DNA of 64,000 bases from an uncultured Anaerolineales bacterium (GCA_964551735.1 CAZKEF010000001.1:209847-273846); one strand, 5' to 3'; positions 35,306-46,127 are shown, counted from the stretch's first letter. The notes: generated by a model not told the origin, from the letters alone. Numbers and translations: made by a program.

Positions 35306-36310
35306 ATGGCATACAAAACAATGGACAAAACTGAGACAACCAATTTGCAGCAGGCCATGTTGGCATTCGGGCCGGTGCCTTCTCGCCGTCTGGGACGCAG
35401 CATCGGCATCAACCACATCCCTCCGAAGACGTGCACCTATTCCTGCGTCTACTGTCAGGTGGGCCACACAACGCGACTCACCACAACACGGCAAGCGTTT
35501 TACGCGTTAGATGCTATCATAGCGGACGTCGAGCGGAAGGTGGACGACGCCCGAGCTGCCGGTGAACGGGTGGACTACCTGACCTTTGTGCCCGACGGCG
35601 AACCGACCCTGGATATAAACTTGAGAGGGGTGATGGAGAGGCTCAAGCCTCTGGGCATCAAGATCGCCGTTATCAGCAACGGGTCGCTGCTCTGGCAGGC
35701 AGAAGTGCGCGAAACGTTGTCGCATGCGGATTGGGTCTCCGTCAAAGTCGATGCGGTCCAACCGGACATCTGGCACCGCGTCAACCGACCGCACGGAAGC
35801 CTGCGGCTGGACACGGTGCTGAAGGGATTGCTGACATTTGCCGGAGGTTACCGTGGCGAGCTGGCCACGGAGACCATGCTGGTGCGCGATGCTAACGACG
35901 ACGCCGCGCACCTGGCAGAGCTGGCGGACTTCCTGAGGTCACTGCGGCCGGCCAAGGCCTACCTGGCTGTGCCGACGCGGCCGCCAGCAGAACCATGGGT
36001 GAGGCTGCCGGCGGAGAATGTAATAAACCGGTCCTACCAGCAACTGCAGACGCACCTGGAGCACGTTGAGTTGCTGATCGGTTACGAAGGCAACGCGTTC
36101 TCGGCCACTGGCGACCCGGCACAGGACCTGCTGAGCATTACCGCTGTCCACCCGATGCGCGAGGATGCGGTGCAGGAATTCCTGACCCGGGTCGGGGCGA
36201 CCACAGCGGTCATGCATGAACTGGTGGGGAGGGGCCAACTGGTGGAGACCACTTACGAAGGGCGCCGATTCTACACCAGGAGATTGCCGGGGGTTCCGAC
36301 GTATTCGTAG
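35306..36310 (+). CDS. Radical SAM protein
   Basis: CTYSCVYCQ (CxxxCxxC) cluster after FGPVPSRRLGRSIGIN. RBS GAGGAG precedes the ATG at 35306. Confidence 0.8.
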   Translation: MAYKTMDKTETTNLQQAMLAFGPVPSRRLGRSIGINHIPPKTCTYSCVYCQVGHTTRLTTTRQAFYALDAIIADVERKVDDARAAGERVDYLTFVPDGEPTLDINLRGVMERLKPLGIKIAVISNGSLLWQAEVRETLSHADWVSVKVDAVQPDIWHRVNRPHGSLRLDTVLKGLLTFAGGYRGELATETMLVRDANDDAAHLAELADFLRSLRPAKAYLAVPTRPPAEPWVRLPAENVINRSYQQLQTHLEHVELLIGYEGNAFSATGDPAQDLLSITAVHPMREDAVQEFLTRVGATTAVMHELVGRGQLVETTYEGRRFYTRRLPGVPTYS

Positions 36311-36588
36311 GCAGAAGCCCGCTCTTGGGGCTAAAGCAACACGCCAAGCCGGCCGGGCAAAGGGGTCGTCACCTTCTTGCTGTTGGAGCGTGCGGGCTTC
36401 AACTGAGAACGATCGGCGCTATGTGCCTTTGTGGCCGCGGCGCTCTCCACGCCGTTAGGGACGCTTGCTTCCTTCCCGATCATCGCGCGAATCGATCGTT
36501 CTGCCTCGAGGATACTGCTGTCTCTTTCTGCCGGGACGTTGGTATATGTCGGAGCATCCCACGTGTCGAAAACTCGTTGGCGATCCAA

Positions 36589-36623
36589 TTGCCAGGGCAA
36601 TCTCCGCGCCATTGTGGTATAAT
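36589..36623 (+). promoter_or_regulatory. Candidate extended -10 promoter (TGgTATAAT) for the downstream SH3b-domain gene
   Basis: tgtgGTATAATgtatcc ~45 nt upstream of the ATG at 36668. The -35 is weak or mis-spaced. Confidence 0.3.
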
Positions 36624-36667
36624 GTATCCATCGTCCCTGCCACCACTACGCAAAGGAGCGGAGTCTC

Positions 36668-37642
36668 ATGGGCGAAAGACGTTTTGGCCTGGTCGCCCTT
36701 TTTCTCACTATGATCGTGACCGCCGTCGTTGTCATTGCGGTAATGGCGCTGATCAGCCCGCTGTTTTCGCAGCAGTTTGCGCGCGTGAACGATGCCCTGG
36801 CCTCCCCGACGTCCGCGCAACCGGCTGCCCAGGCCGTAACACCCGCGCCGATGACGGCAACGCCCACGACCACGCGCGCCCTGCCGACACCGACGCCAAC
36901 CCGCCGGCCGACCGCGACGCCGACGCCGAGGCCGACGCAGACGCCGACCCCCAGCCCCACACGGCCACCCGATGCCGTGGTGCTGGCCGAAACCCTCAAC
37001 TTACGAGGGGGGCCCGGCACCATCTACGCCAGGGTGGGATTGCTGCGCAAAGGGGATCCACTGGATGTGGTGGCTCGCAACGAGGCCGGAGATTGGTTGT
37101 CGGTTATCGAACCTGACGGCAAGGGAGGCTGGGTGGCCGCGAACCTGGTGCAGCTCAACATTCCGGTGAGCCAGATCCCGGTGGCGACCGACATCCCGAC
37201 ACCGCCGGTGACGCCAACACCCAGGGCCACCGCAACGCCGCAGCCGACGCTGTCGGTGGATGAACAGATCGCCGCGCTCGCCAGGGAGCAACACGGCCAA
37301 CTGCCACAGCCGGGTTCGACCGGCAGCATAGCTGCCGGCGGCAACGCTGAGCTAACCATTCTGAACGACACGCCGTATCAGCTCACCGTACTCATCGGCG
37401 CGCCCAACGGCATGACGGTGGTGGTTGAGCCGTGCCCAACCTGCCGGGTTTACCAGGGGGCCGGGCCGCTGGCGTGCCAGGAGGGCGGCCGGCCGCGGCA
37501 AGTGGTGCGGGTTAAGCCCGGCACGATGCAGGTGGCCGCGCGCGTCAGCGACCCCGGCGTCATCCCGTTCCTGGGCACGTGGACCCTGAACGGGGACACC
37601 GGCTATTTCAACTGCTTCTTCATCGTGACCCGAAGTTACTGA
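36668..37642 (+). CDS. Membrane-anchored protein with Pro/Thr-rich linkers and a bacterial SH3 (SH3b) domain
   Basis: N-terminal TM helix, PTPTPT linkers, an SH3_3-like segment (LNLRGGPGTIYARVGLLRKGDPLDVVARNEAGDWLSV…GGWVAANLV), and a Cys-containing C-terminal domain. Confidence 0.55.
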   Translation: MGERRFGLVALFLTMIVTAVVVIAVMALISPLFSQQFARVNDALASPTSAQPAAQAVTPAPMTATPTTTRALPTPTPTRRPTATPTPRPTQTPTPSPTRPPDAVVLAETLNLRGGPGTIYARVGLLRKGDPLDVVARNEAGDWLSVIEPDGKGGWVAANLVQLNIPVSQIPVATDIPTPPVTPTPRATATPQPTLSVDEQIAALAREQHGQLPQPGSTGSIAAGGNAELTILNDTPYQLTVLIGAPNGMTVVVEPCPTCRVYQGAGPLACQEGGRPRQVVRVKPGTMQVAARVSDPGVIPFLGTWTLNGDTGYFNCFFIVTRSY

Positions 37643-37646
37643 AGCG

Positions 37647-38480
37647 ATGGTGTCATCCATGCCCACACCACCCATCCCGACCATTACATCGCTGAAGAAT
37701 GCGATCCTCGTTCTGCTGCTGATCATCGCCGCCTATTTCCTGCTGGCCGTGCTCCTTTCCCTGTTTTCACGGCGCATTGCGCGGCGCATTTTGGGGCTAA
37801 ACCGTCTTCTGCCGCGACGCGTGCGTACATCGCCGGAACGACGGCAGACCCTGGAAGGCCTTGTCGGCAGCCTGATCTCGTTCCTGGCCACCGCCGTCGC
37901 GGTGATCGCCACGCTCTCGCTCTTCGTCGAGCCTAGCACCCTGCTGTGGATCGTGGGCCTGTTCAGCGCCGCGTTCGGCTTGGGCGCGCGCGGGCTGGTG
38001 AGCAACGTGCTCTACGGCGCCAGTTTCATCTTCAAAAACACCTTCACCATCGGCGAGAAGGTCGAAATGACGATCGGCATGGTCAAGGTCGAGGGCATCA
38101 TCGAAGAGGTTAACCTGACGAACACCCTGGTTCGTTCCCCCACCGGCGAGCTCTACGTGGTGCCCAATGGTGACATCGGCGTGATCCGCAATTTCAGCCG
38201 GGCGCCGTTCTCGGCCGCGTGCATCAGGTTCACGGTGCAGTCGGAAGACCTGGCCCGCACATTGGAGATTCTGAAACAATTGGCCACCGAAGCCGTCAAC
38301 CTGTTCCCCGACCTGGCCGAGCCCTGGCAGGTGCTTTCAACTTCAGAGGTTATGGGTAACAAAGCCGAGCTCACAGTAATGGCGCGCGCCGCCTTCGGCA
38401 AGGCGGCGGCGCTGAGACTGCGCCTCTTTAACCTGATCTACCGCCGGCTACGCGAGGCCGGGATCACCTTGATCGATTGA
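37647..38480 (+). CDS. Mechanosensitive ion channel (MscS family)
   Basis: TM helices followed by the MscS beta-domain (…GEKVEMTIGMVKVEGIIEEVNLTNTLVRSPTGELYVVPN…). Confidence 0.8.
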   Translation: MVSSMPTPPIPTITSLKNAILVLLLIIAAYFLLAVLLSLFSRRIARRILGLNRLLPRRVRTSPERRQTLEGLVGSLISFLATAVAVIATLSLFVEPSTLLWIVGLFSAAFGLGARGLVSNVLYGASFIFKNTFTIGEKVEMTIGMVKVEGIIEEVNLTNTLVRSPTGELYVVPNGDIGVIRNFSRAPFSAACIRFTVQSEDLARTLEILKQLATEAVNLFPDLAEPWQVLSTSEVMGNKAELTVMARAAFGKAAALRLRLFNLIYRRLREAGITLID

Positions 38481-38504
38481 CCGACACATCACTCGAAGGA
38501 GACG

Positions 38505-39350
38505 ATGACCATGAATCGTTTTATGGCCCTGCTCTCGACCTGTCTGCTCCTGGGCCTCGCCCTGGCAGCCTGCGTGCCCGTGCCCGCATCCGACCTCCCG
38601 GCAGCGACACTGCCCCCGGCCACCGCTGTGCCCCAGACGCCGTCCGAGCCGCTTGTCAGCGCCCTCATCGACGCCACCTGGCTGCTGCAAGGCTACGGCA
38701 GGGCTGACGCGCCGCAAAGTGTGCCCCCGGGCGCCGAAGTGACCCTGACGTTCACGGATGACGGGCAAGTCAACGGCCTGGCCGCGTGCAATCGTTACTT
38801 TGGGCCGGTTACCGTCACCGGCGACGCAATAGCCTTCGGCGCGTTGGCCCAAACTGAGATAGCCTGCGCTGAGCCGTTGATGGCGTTGGAACGCGCGTAT
38901 CTGGATGCATTGGCACGCGTTGTCCGCTTCGAGTTAGCGGGCGGTCAACTGACCCTGCACGGCGATGGCGGCGCCCTGATCTTCCTCGCGGCCCCGGCGC
39001 TTGGGCTGACGTCCACCAGTTGGGAGTTGATCGCGATCGGCGCCGGTGAAACCCTGGCCTCGCCAGTCGGCAGCACCGGGATCACCGCCACCTTTACCGA
39101 CGATGGTCAGGTCAGCGGCGCGGCCGGCTGCAACCGCTATTTCGGTAGCGTCACGGTGGCGGGCGACCGCATCACATTCGGGCTGATCGCGACCACCAAA
39201 ATGGCCTGTACAGAGGAGGTCATGGCTCAAGAGCAAGCTTTCGTCGAGTTGGTGGGCCAGGTAACCAGTTACACGATTGACGGCAACCGGCTGATCCTGT
39301 ACGCTGATGGCGGCAATCGGACCCTGATCTTCGAAGGCGGCGCCGACTGA
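38505..39350 (+). CDS. Lipoprotein with two META (HslJ-like/DUF306) domains
   Basis: Lipobox LALAAC, and twice-repeated …TFTDDGQV(N/S)G(L/A)A(A/G)CNRYFG(P/S)VTV(T/A)GD… modules. Confidence 0.7.
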   Translation: MTMNRFMALLSTCLLLGLALAACVPVPASDLPAATLPPATAVPQTPSEPLVSALIDATWLLQGYGRADAPQSVPPGAEVTLTFTDDGQVNGLAACNRYFGPVTVTGDAIAFGALAQTEIACAEPLMALERAYLDALARVVRFELAGGQLTLHGDGGALIFLAAPALGLTSTSWELIAIGAGETLASPVGSTGITATFTDDGQVSGAAGCNRYFGSVTVAGDRITFGLIATTKMACTEEVMAQEQAFVELVGQVTSYTIDGNRLILYADGGNRTLIFEGGAD

Positions 39351-39376
39351 GCGCAAACGCGGCGGACAGAGTTGTC

Positions 39377-40102
39377 GTGTTGATCACGACCAGCACACCG
39401 GCGGGAGCGAACCTTGTGGAACGCGATATCTTATGGACGATCCTGCTCGGCCTGGGGGGACTGTGCCTCTTCGCCGCGTTACTTTTCGCGGCGGTCGCCA
39501 TCTTATTCATTGCCGGCACCCAACGGGCGCGGCGCTGGTTCGACGAATCTATAGTGACCCCGGATCCGAGGGCGCTGCAGGCCCGGTTCACGGCCATGCG
39601 GGCGCGCTACCCCGGGCTGAACGATGATGCCCTGGTGCAGCGGTTAGTCACCAACCAGGCCGTGAAGGCAGGCCTGGTTGGCGCGGTGACCGGCGTGGGG
39701 GGTGTGCTGACGTTGCCCATCGCGATACCGGTTGACTTCGCGCTTTCAGCCAAGATCCAGGCGGGCCTGATCCATTTCGTGGGTCAAACCTACGCGCCAG
39801 GCCAACCGCCCGAAGCCGGCCGCGTGCAAACCTACGCGATCCTGGCTGGCAATCGTTTCACCCAGCAGGCCATGGACGCGTCGACCCGCATCGTGCAGGC
39901 CGCCGTCACCCGGCTGATGCGCCGCCTGCTGGCAGAAACGGTGGCCGAAGCGCTGCTTAAGGTCGTGCCGTTCGTGGGCGCCATCGTGGGGTTCGTCTTC
40001 AACTATGCAGCCACCCGCGCTGTGGGCGAGCTGGCGATCCGTAAGTATCGCAGCAAGCCGGGCGAGAGGGGGTCAGAACGTCTTCTGGGTTCCAGGCCCT
40101 AG
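39377..40102 (+). CDS. EcsC-family membrane-associated protein
   Basis: EcsC-like core (…LVQRLVTNQAVKAGLVGAVTGVGGVLTLPIAIPVDFALS…). Confidence 0.6.
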   Translation: MLITTSTPAGANLVERDILWTILLGLGGLCLFAALLFAAVAILFIAGTQRARRWFDESIVTPDPRALQARFTAMRARYPGLNDDALVQRLVTNQAVKAGLVGAVTGVGGVLTLPIAIPVDFALSAKIQAGLIHFVGQTYAPGQPPEAGRVQTYAILAGNRFTQQAMDASTRIVQAAVTRLMRRLLAETVAEALLKVVPFVGAIVGFVFNYAATRAVGELAIRKYRSKPGERGSERLLGSRP

Positions 40103-40192
40103 CGTCTCGGCAGCCGTCATCGTTCGACTGAGCGCTCACGACGAAGTCCTTCGACGGGCTCAGGATGGCTGGCATATTCAAAGGAGGCAGAC

Positions 40193-41086
40193 GTGCGTTT
40201 CGGCGTTATGGCGATGCAACTGGGGGCTCTGCTCCCTACGGGGCTCGACCCGGCTGAACTGCCGGCCTACGTGGCCGGGTTCGACCACGCTGCGCTGGTG
40301 CGCGAGCTCCACGGCCGCGGCTTCAACCCCATCGAACTGGGCGGCGACCTGGGGCTATTTATGCCCCACACCTACGCGCCAGCCGCCATCGAACGGCTGG
40401 CCGCGCTCCAGGCTGAGACCGGCTTGACATACACCGTCCACCTGCCGCTCTGGTCGGTAGAGCCTTCCACTTTACTCGACCCGGTGCGCCATGGCTCGGT
40501 GCAGGCGTTGGCCTACATCGTGCGCGCCACCCTACCCCTGAACCCGGAGGCCTACGTGCTCCACGCCACCGGCGCGTTGGCGGCCGAGTTCTACCGCATG
40601 CGCTTGCCTGAGGTGGCCCGCGCCATCATCCTACGCCAATTCCAGGCCCGCGCGCTGGAAAGCCTGCGCACCCTGCTGGCCGAGACCGGCCTGCACCCCC
40701 GCAAACTGGCCGTGGAGACGGTAGAATTCCCCTTTGAGCTGACGCTGGCGCTGGCCGAGGCGCTGGACCTGTCGCTATGCCTGGACACGGGCCACGTGCT
40801 CTCCGGTTTTGCCGGGCCAGTTGACCTATTCGACGCGTTGGAGCATATGCTGCCGCGGCTGGCGGAGATCCATCTGCATGACTCGCCTCGCTGGACGCCG
40901 GGCAGTAAGATCGTCTATGGCCAGGATCACCAGGCGTTGGGCCGGGGAGACCTGGACCTGGGGCGTTTTCTGGATCGCCTGGCCACAGCGGACTTCACCG
41001 GGCCGCTGATCTTCGAGTTAACCGTGCCGGAGGCGTTGGCGTCGCTGGAGGTCGTCCGGCAAGTGCGTCCCGTTTATGTAACCTGA
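40193..41086 (+). CDS. Sugar-phosphate isomerase/epimerase (xylose-isomerase-like TIM barrel) family protein
   Basis: GTG start with RBS AAAGGAGG. AP-endonuclease-2/XylA-like barrel motifs (…LCLDTGHV…EIHLHDS…). Confidence 0.6.
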   Translation: MRFGVMAMQLGALLPTGLDPAELPAYVAGFDHAALVRELHGRGFNPIELGGDLGLFMPHTYAPAAIERLAALQAETGLTYTVHLPLWSVEPSTLLDPVRHGSVQALAYIVRATLPLNPEAYVLHATGALAAEFYRMRLPEVARAIILRQFQARALESLRTLLAETGLHPRKLAVETVEFPFELTLALAEALDLSLCLDTGHVLSGFAGPVDLFDALEHMLPRLAEIHLHDSPRWTPGSKIVYGQDHQALGRGDLDLGRFLDRLATADFTGPLIFELTVPEALASLEVVRQVRPVYVT

Positions 41087-41111
41087 GAACTGACAACAAT
41101 GATGGCGAACG

Positions 41112-42089
41112 ATGGCCGATATACACATTGACCTCGATCTGTTATCGCGCTTTGAAGCGGGACTCGATCCGCGGCGGCCGGAACGTGGCCCGGTGCCGGC
41201 GCGCGTGCTGGGCCACGGCGAGATCAGCACCACCCTGGCCATCGGCGGTCCCACGGCCGCGCCCCTGGCCTACAAACGGTTGGCGCTGTTTCACACCACC
41301 AACGAAGCCGCGCATTACGAGGCGTTGCACCGCCGTTATGTGCGCGCACTTGGCGAGCGCGCCGGGGTGCGCGTGATCCCGTGCACCACAACGCACGTCG
41401 TGGACGCTGCGCGCGGCAGGGTCGTCGTATACATCGTCCACGAACAGATCTCGGAAGACACCATCGGCAACATGGCCATCTATCGCATGCCGGCCGCCGA
41501 CGTCAACCGGCTGGTGTTGACCGTGCTTCAAGAGGTGGCTAAGGTCTTCGCGTTCAACCAAAACCGCCAGGGAGACCTGGAACTCGGTTTTAACGCACAG
41601 ATCGCGCACTGGGCTATTGTCGGCTTCGATCCCGAGCGGGGAAGCCTGCCGGAACGCTTCCGCCTGCTCTACATGGACACCAGCACGCCGCTGATGCGCC
41701 GCCGCGGCCAAGAGCAGCTTAACCCCGACCTGTTCCTGCGCAGCGCGCCATCCCTGCTGGTGCCAATCGTGCGCCGCATCTTCCTGCCCGAGGTCATGAC
41801 CCGTTACTACAATCCCCGCCGGGTGGCCCTCGACCTGATCGCTAACTTCCTTAAGGAAGGCCGGCCTGACCTGATTTCGGGCTTGGTGGACACCGTCAAC
41901 TGGTTCTTCCTGGCTGAACTGGAAGATATGCACTTCAAACCGATCACCGTCGAAGAGCTCCAATCCTACTATCGCTGGGATGCGCTGATCTGGCGCATCT
42001 ACCTGGGGCTGCGCAAACTGGAACGCACTTTTAGCCAATTACGTAGGCGATATTATCCCCACATCCTGCCTGTGCGCGGGCGGCTATAA
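41112..42089 (+). CDS. Hypothetical protein (possible atypical kinase-like fold)
   Basis: A codon-consistent 325-aa ORF. Glycine-rich GHGEISTTLAI followed by AYKRL is loosely kinase-like. No confident family. Confidence 0.45.
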   Translation: MADIHIDLDLLSRFEAGLDPRRPERGPVPARVLGHGEISTTLAIGGPTAAPLAYKRLALFHTTNEAAHYEALHRRYVRALGERAGVRVIPCTTTHVVDAARGRVVVYIVHEQISEDTIGNMAIYRMPAADVNRLVLTVLQEVAKVFAFNQNRQGDLELGFNAQIAHWAIVGFDPERGSLPERFRLLYMDTSTPLMRRRGQEQLNPDLFLRSAPSLLVPIVRRIFLPEVMTRYYNPRRVALDLIANFLKEGRPDLISGLVDTVNWFFLAELEDMHFKPITVEELQSYYRWDALIWRIYLGLRKLERTFSQLRRRYYPHILPVRGRL

Positions 42090-42097
42090 GGAGGCAC

Positions 42098-43501
42098 ATG
42101 GCGACTACACCCATCCCAGCCCCGGTGCGGCTCAGCACCGGGTTCAAGTTCACCTGGGGCCTGGCCGAATTGGGCAAGGCGCTGCTGGCCGGCACCTTCG
42201 GCGCGCTGCTGCCCATCTTTTACCAGGATTACCTGGGGCTTCAAGCACGTTGGATCGCGCTCGCGTCAGTCATCTACGCTGTCTGGAACGCGTTCAACGA
42301 CCCGCTGTTCGGCTACATCACCGACAGCACCCGCTCCAAGTGGGGCCGCCGCGTGCCCTACATGCGCTTCACCGCACCCTTCCTGGCGTTAACCTTCATC
42401 CTGGTTTGGTTCGCGCCCCGCGGCGCCGGCCAGTCCGCGCTGTTCGGCTGGATGCTGGGAACTATGCTCCTTTACGATACCTGCTACACCATCATCGGCC
42501 TGGTCTACTCCGCGCTCTTGCCTGAGCTCACCGAGTCGGACGCGGAACGCAATGGCTTGCAGGTGTCAGCCTCGCTGCTGGGGCTGTTTGGCACCCTCCT
42601 TGGCTTCCTGATCCCCGATTTCTTCCGGCCCAAGGCTGGCGCCGATCCCTCCTTTCTGCCGCTCCAGGCCTCTATGATCATCATCGCCGTCATCAGCATG
42701 ATATTAATCCTGATCACAGCCCGCCGCGTCAAGGAACGGCCGGAGTTCCACCTGGCCGACAAGCCGCTGCCCGTCGGCCAGGCGTTACGCTACACTTTCA
42801 CCAGCCGCTCCTTCCTGGTGTTGGTTTCTGCTAATTTTATGTCAATCCTAATGAACGCACTACTCCTAGGCGCGCTCTTCTACCTGTCCGACTACGTGCT
42901 GCGGACCAACGCCATGATCCCGCTGATGGCGCTCTTCGTGCCACTGGTGATCGGCGTGCCGGTGACGCACCTGCTGCGCCGGCGTTTCGGCGTGGCGGGC
43001 GCGATGCGGCTCCTGCTGGGGATCGCGGGCGCCGCCCTGGTGCTGCTGACCTTCGCGCCGGGGCCGCTGATCCTGGTCTGCCTGGCGCTGGCCGGTTTCG
43101 GCCTGTCCGGGCCGCAGACGCTGACCAACGTCCTCTTCGCGCAGGTGGCCGACGAGGATGAGCTCCGCTCCGGCGTGCGCCGCGAGGGCGCGTTTTTCGG
43201 CATCAACGCGCTGGTGACCAAGCCCGCGCAATCCATCGCGCTCGCCCTGCAGCCGTTCATCCTGGAGCTCACCGGCTTCGTCACGCGCGAATCGAACCAA
43301 GGGCAGATCTTCCTGAACCAATCAGCCAGCGCCCTGTTCGGCATCCGCGCGCTGATGGGCCTGATCCCCGGCATTGCGATGCTCCTGGCCGCGCTGATCC
43401 TGACCCGCTACCCGCTGCAAGGCCGGCGGCTAACGCAGGTGCAGCAGGATGTACTGACGCTGCACGCGGAGAAGCATGCGCGGTTGACGGCCGACGGTTG
43501 A
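42098..43501 (+). CDS. MFS transporter, glycoside-pentoside-hexuronide (GPH) cation symporter family
   Basis: 12 TM segments and MelB/GPH-like N-terminal motifs (…YGLGEFGKALLAGTFGALLPIFYQDYLGL…). Confidence 0.8.
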   Translation: MATTPIPAPVRLSTGFKFTWGLAELGKALLAGTFGALLPIFYQDYLGLQARWIALASVIYAVWNAFNDPLFGYITDSTRSKWGRRVPYMRFTAPFLALTFILVWFAPRGAGQSALFGWMLGTMLLYDTCYTIIGLVYSALLPELTESDAERNGLQVSASLLGLFGTLLGFLIPDFFRPKAGADPSFLPLQASMIIIAVISMILILITARRVKERPEFHLADKPLPVGQALRYTFTSRSFLVLVSANFMSILMNALLLGALFYLSDYVLRTNAMIPLMALFVPLVIGVPVTHLLRRRFGVAGAMRLLLGIAGAALVLLTFAPGPLILVCLALAGFGLSGPQTLTNVLFAQVADEDELRSGVRREGAFFGINALVTKPAQSIALALQPFILELTGFVTRESNQGQIFLNQSASALFGIRALMGLIPGIAMLLAALILTRYPLQGRRLTQVQQDVLTLHAEKHARLTADG

Positions 43502-43635
43502 CCGCCGACCGGTCATTGTTGTTGTAAGAACAGGTGAAACGCTGGCCGACCTCCGAATCTTGGTACCATTGGGCTGAAGCCTCGACTCCGGTTCGTCCTT
43601 GTGTCCTTGTCGAGTCCATTTCATGAGGTTATCCA

Positions 43636-44688
43636 TTGTCCGAAACCTTCCTTCTCTACGGCGCCACGGGCTACACCGGCGCGCTGACCGCCCGGATGGC
43701 GGCCCAGCAGGGGCTGCAGCCGATCCTGGCCGGCCGCAACCCGGCCAAAGTCGAGGCCCTGGCCGGCGAGTTGGGCCTGCCCTGGCACGCGTTCCCGTTG
43801 ACCGACCGGGTCGCGCTGCATGACGCGTTGCAGCGCGTTCCCGTCGTCCTGCACTGCGCTGGCCCCTATTCGCAGACCTACCGGCCCATGGCCGACGCCT
43901 GCCTGGCGACCGGCACACACTACCTGGACATTACCGGTGAGCTGCTGGAGCACGAGGCGCTGGCCGCGCGCGACGCCGAGGCGATAGCGGCCGACGTCAT
44001 GCTGCTGCCCAGTGTCGGATTCGACGTCGTGCCTTCCGACTGCCTGGCCGCGCATCTAGCAAGGCGGCTGCCCGGCGCAACGCGGTTGACCCTGGCGTTC
44101 CAGTCGTTCGGCGGCGCGTCGCGCGGCACCATGATCAGCACGCTGGACGCGGCCGACCGGCCCGGCATGGTGCGGCGGGAGGGTGCGCTGGTCCCCGTCC
44201 CCGCAGCGTACAAAACCCGCCAGGTGGACTTCGGCGCAGGCCCGGTGACCGCGGTGACGTTGCCATGGGGCGACCTGGCGACAGCCTACCGCAGCACCGG
44301 CATCCCGAACATCGAAACGTACATGGCGCTGCCGGCCGGCGCGCGGCTGGCCATGAAGTCCATGCGCTACGTGGGCTGGTTGCTGGGCTCGCGGCCGGGC
44401 AAAGCGCTCCTGATGCGCCTGGCGGCCGGTCTGCCCGAGGGACCCAGCAAGGCGCAGCGGGCCGCGGGTTACAGCCTGCTGTGGGGCGAGGTGGCCGACC
44501 CCGCCGGCAACCGGGCCACCGCGCGCATGCGCACGCCGCACTCGTACACCCTCACCGCGCTGGCGGCGCTGGCCGTGGTGCAGCGCGTGCTGGCCGGCGA
44601 CGTCCATCCCGGCTACCAGACGCCGGCCAAGGCCTACGGCCCAGAGCTGGCGCTCCAGATTAAGGGGGTCACGCGTTGGGATGTATAA
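43636..44688 (+). CDS. Saccharopine-dehydrogenase-like NAD(P)-binding oxidoreductase
   Basis: Rossmann LYGATGYTGALTA at the N-terminus plus Sacchrp_dh homology. Probable TTG start. Confidence 0.7.
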   Translation: MSETFLLYGATGYTGALTARMAAQQGLQPILAGRNPAKVEALAGELGLPWHAFPLTDRVALHDALQRVPVVLHCAGPYSQTYRPMADACLATGTHYLDITGELLEHEALAARDAEAIAADVMLLPSVGFDVVPSDCLAAHLARRLPGATRLTLAFQSFGGASRGTMISTLDAADRPGMVRREGALVPVPAAYKTRQVDFGAGPVTAVTLPWGDLATAYRSTGIPNIETYMALPAGARLAMKSMRYVGWLLGSRPGKALLMRLAAGLPEGPSKAQRAAGYSLLWGEVADPAGNRATARMRTPHSYTLTALAALAVVQRVLAGDVHPGYQTPAKAYGPELALQIKGVTRWDV

Positions 44689-44738
44689 TCCTTCTCAGAT
44701 TATTGAACGGACCTGAATGAGGACACGCGGAGATCAAG

Positions 44739-46055
44739 ATGACCTTGACGATGGCTGACATCACGTCAGCGCTTCTCGCCCTGGATCAGGGCGAATTCAC
44801 CAGCCTACAACTGCTGGACGCGGCCGCGGTCGCTGGGCAGCACTATCCCCATCACGATCCGGCCCAACCCGCCCTGCTGCTGGGCCTGGCCGACCCCGAC
44901 CTGACGCGGCGGCTGGCTGCCACCTTGCTGCAAGCCTACCCGCCGGACCATCCTGCCACGCTGCTGCTGCCACCACAGGTCGCCGACAAGGCCATGCTGA
45001 GTTCCCCAAGCCGCGAGTGGCATGCGCCCCGGCAAGGAACTCCCAACTGTCATGCTGAGCGGGTCAACAGCTCAAGTTTCCATGCGGCGACTGACCAGCG
45101 AAGCATCGCGTCTCAGGGGTTTTTGGGCAGCGGGTCCGCAAGTCAACGCCCGACCGCCCAGGCCACCAACGAAGCGTCTCGCGCCGCCGGGCCAGATGCT
45201 TCGGCCCAGACAGCGGGCCTCAGCATGACAGAGGTGAATCCAGCACAAGCGGACAGCCAGCGCCGCAGCATCACCCTGGGCGAACTGGGACAGGGAACCG
45301 ATCTCGGCGCAGGAGTCCATCTTTACCTGCCCCCGCGGGCCGGCGCAGCCACCTGCGAGGCGCTGCAGGACGTGGTCGCCCAGCTGCGCGCGCCTGCCGG
45401 CTGCCCCTGGGACCGGGCGCTGACGTGGCCCAAGCTGCGCGCATCCCTGCTGGAAGAAAGCTACGAGCTGCTGGCCGCATTGGATGCGGATGACCCGGCC
45501 AAAGTGACCGAAGAGCAGGGCGACCTCCTGTTGCAGATCGCCCTACAGGCGCAGATCGCGACCGAAGCAGGGCGCTTCCGGCTACCCGACGTGATCGCCC
45601 GCATCGTGGAGAAACTGATCCGACGCCACCCGCATGTCTTCGGCGACGCGATGGTCAGCGACGAAGCAGAGGTGCTGGCCAACTGGGAGGCCATCAAAGC
45701 GGCCGAACGGGCGCGCAACGGCGAACGGCGCTCCCCGCTGGCCGGCGTGCCGGCCGGGCTGCCCGCGCTGGCCCAGGCCGAGGCCTATCTCGACCGCATG
45801 TCCCGCCTACGGCCTGCGGCCGCACCCGAAGCGCCGTGGGCATCGCTGGCCGCGCTGGCGCCGGATGCGCCGCTGGACGCTGACACGCTGGGCGAGGCGC
45901 TGTTCGACCTGGTAGCGTGGTCGCTGGCCCGAGGGGTCGAGGCCGAGAGCGCGCTGCGGCGGACCAACGCGCGTTTCGCTTCTGAAATAGAATCAGCCAG
46001 TAGGGGCGGGTTTGGCCCGGTTAACCCCAGCGCGCCTGACTCGGCAGCAGCGTGA
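44739..46055 (+). CDS. MazG-family nucleoside triphosphate pyrophosphohydrolase with a ~200-aa low-complexity N-terminal extension
   Basis: MazG core (…GCPWDRALTWPKLRASLLEESYELLAAL…LGDLLLQIALQAQIA…RHPHVFGD…). Confidence 0.65.
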   Translation: MTLTMADITSALLALDQGEFTSLQLLDAAAVAGQHYPHHDPAQPALLLGLADPDLTRRLAATLLQAYPPDHPATLLLPPQVADKAMLSSPSREWHAPRQGTPNCHAERVNSSSFHAATDQRSIASQGFLGSGSASQRPTAQATNEASRAAGPDASAQTAGLSMTEVNPAQADSQRRSITLGELGQGTDLGAGVHLYLPPRAGAATCEALQDVVAQLRAPAGCPWDRALTWPKLRASLLEESYELLAALDADDPAKVTEEQGDLLLQIALQAQIATEAGRFRLPDVIARIVEKLIRRHPHVFGDAMVSDEAEVLANWEAIKAAERARNGERRSPLAGVPAGLPALAQAEAYLDRMSRLRPAAAPEAPWASLAALAPDAPLDADTLGEALFDLVAWSLARGVEAESALRRTNARFASEIESASRGGFGPVNPSAPDSAAA

Positions 46056-46127
46056 TGAGGGCAGGATCCCCGCTAGTGCGGAGAAACCCGTCCCTACAAC
46101 TTACATCCCCAAGGAAGCGAGGCAGAC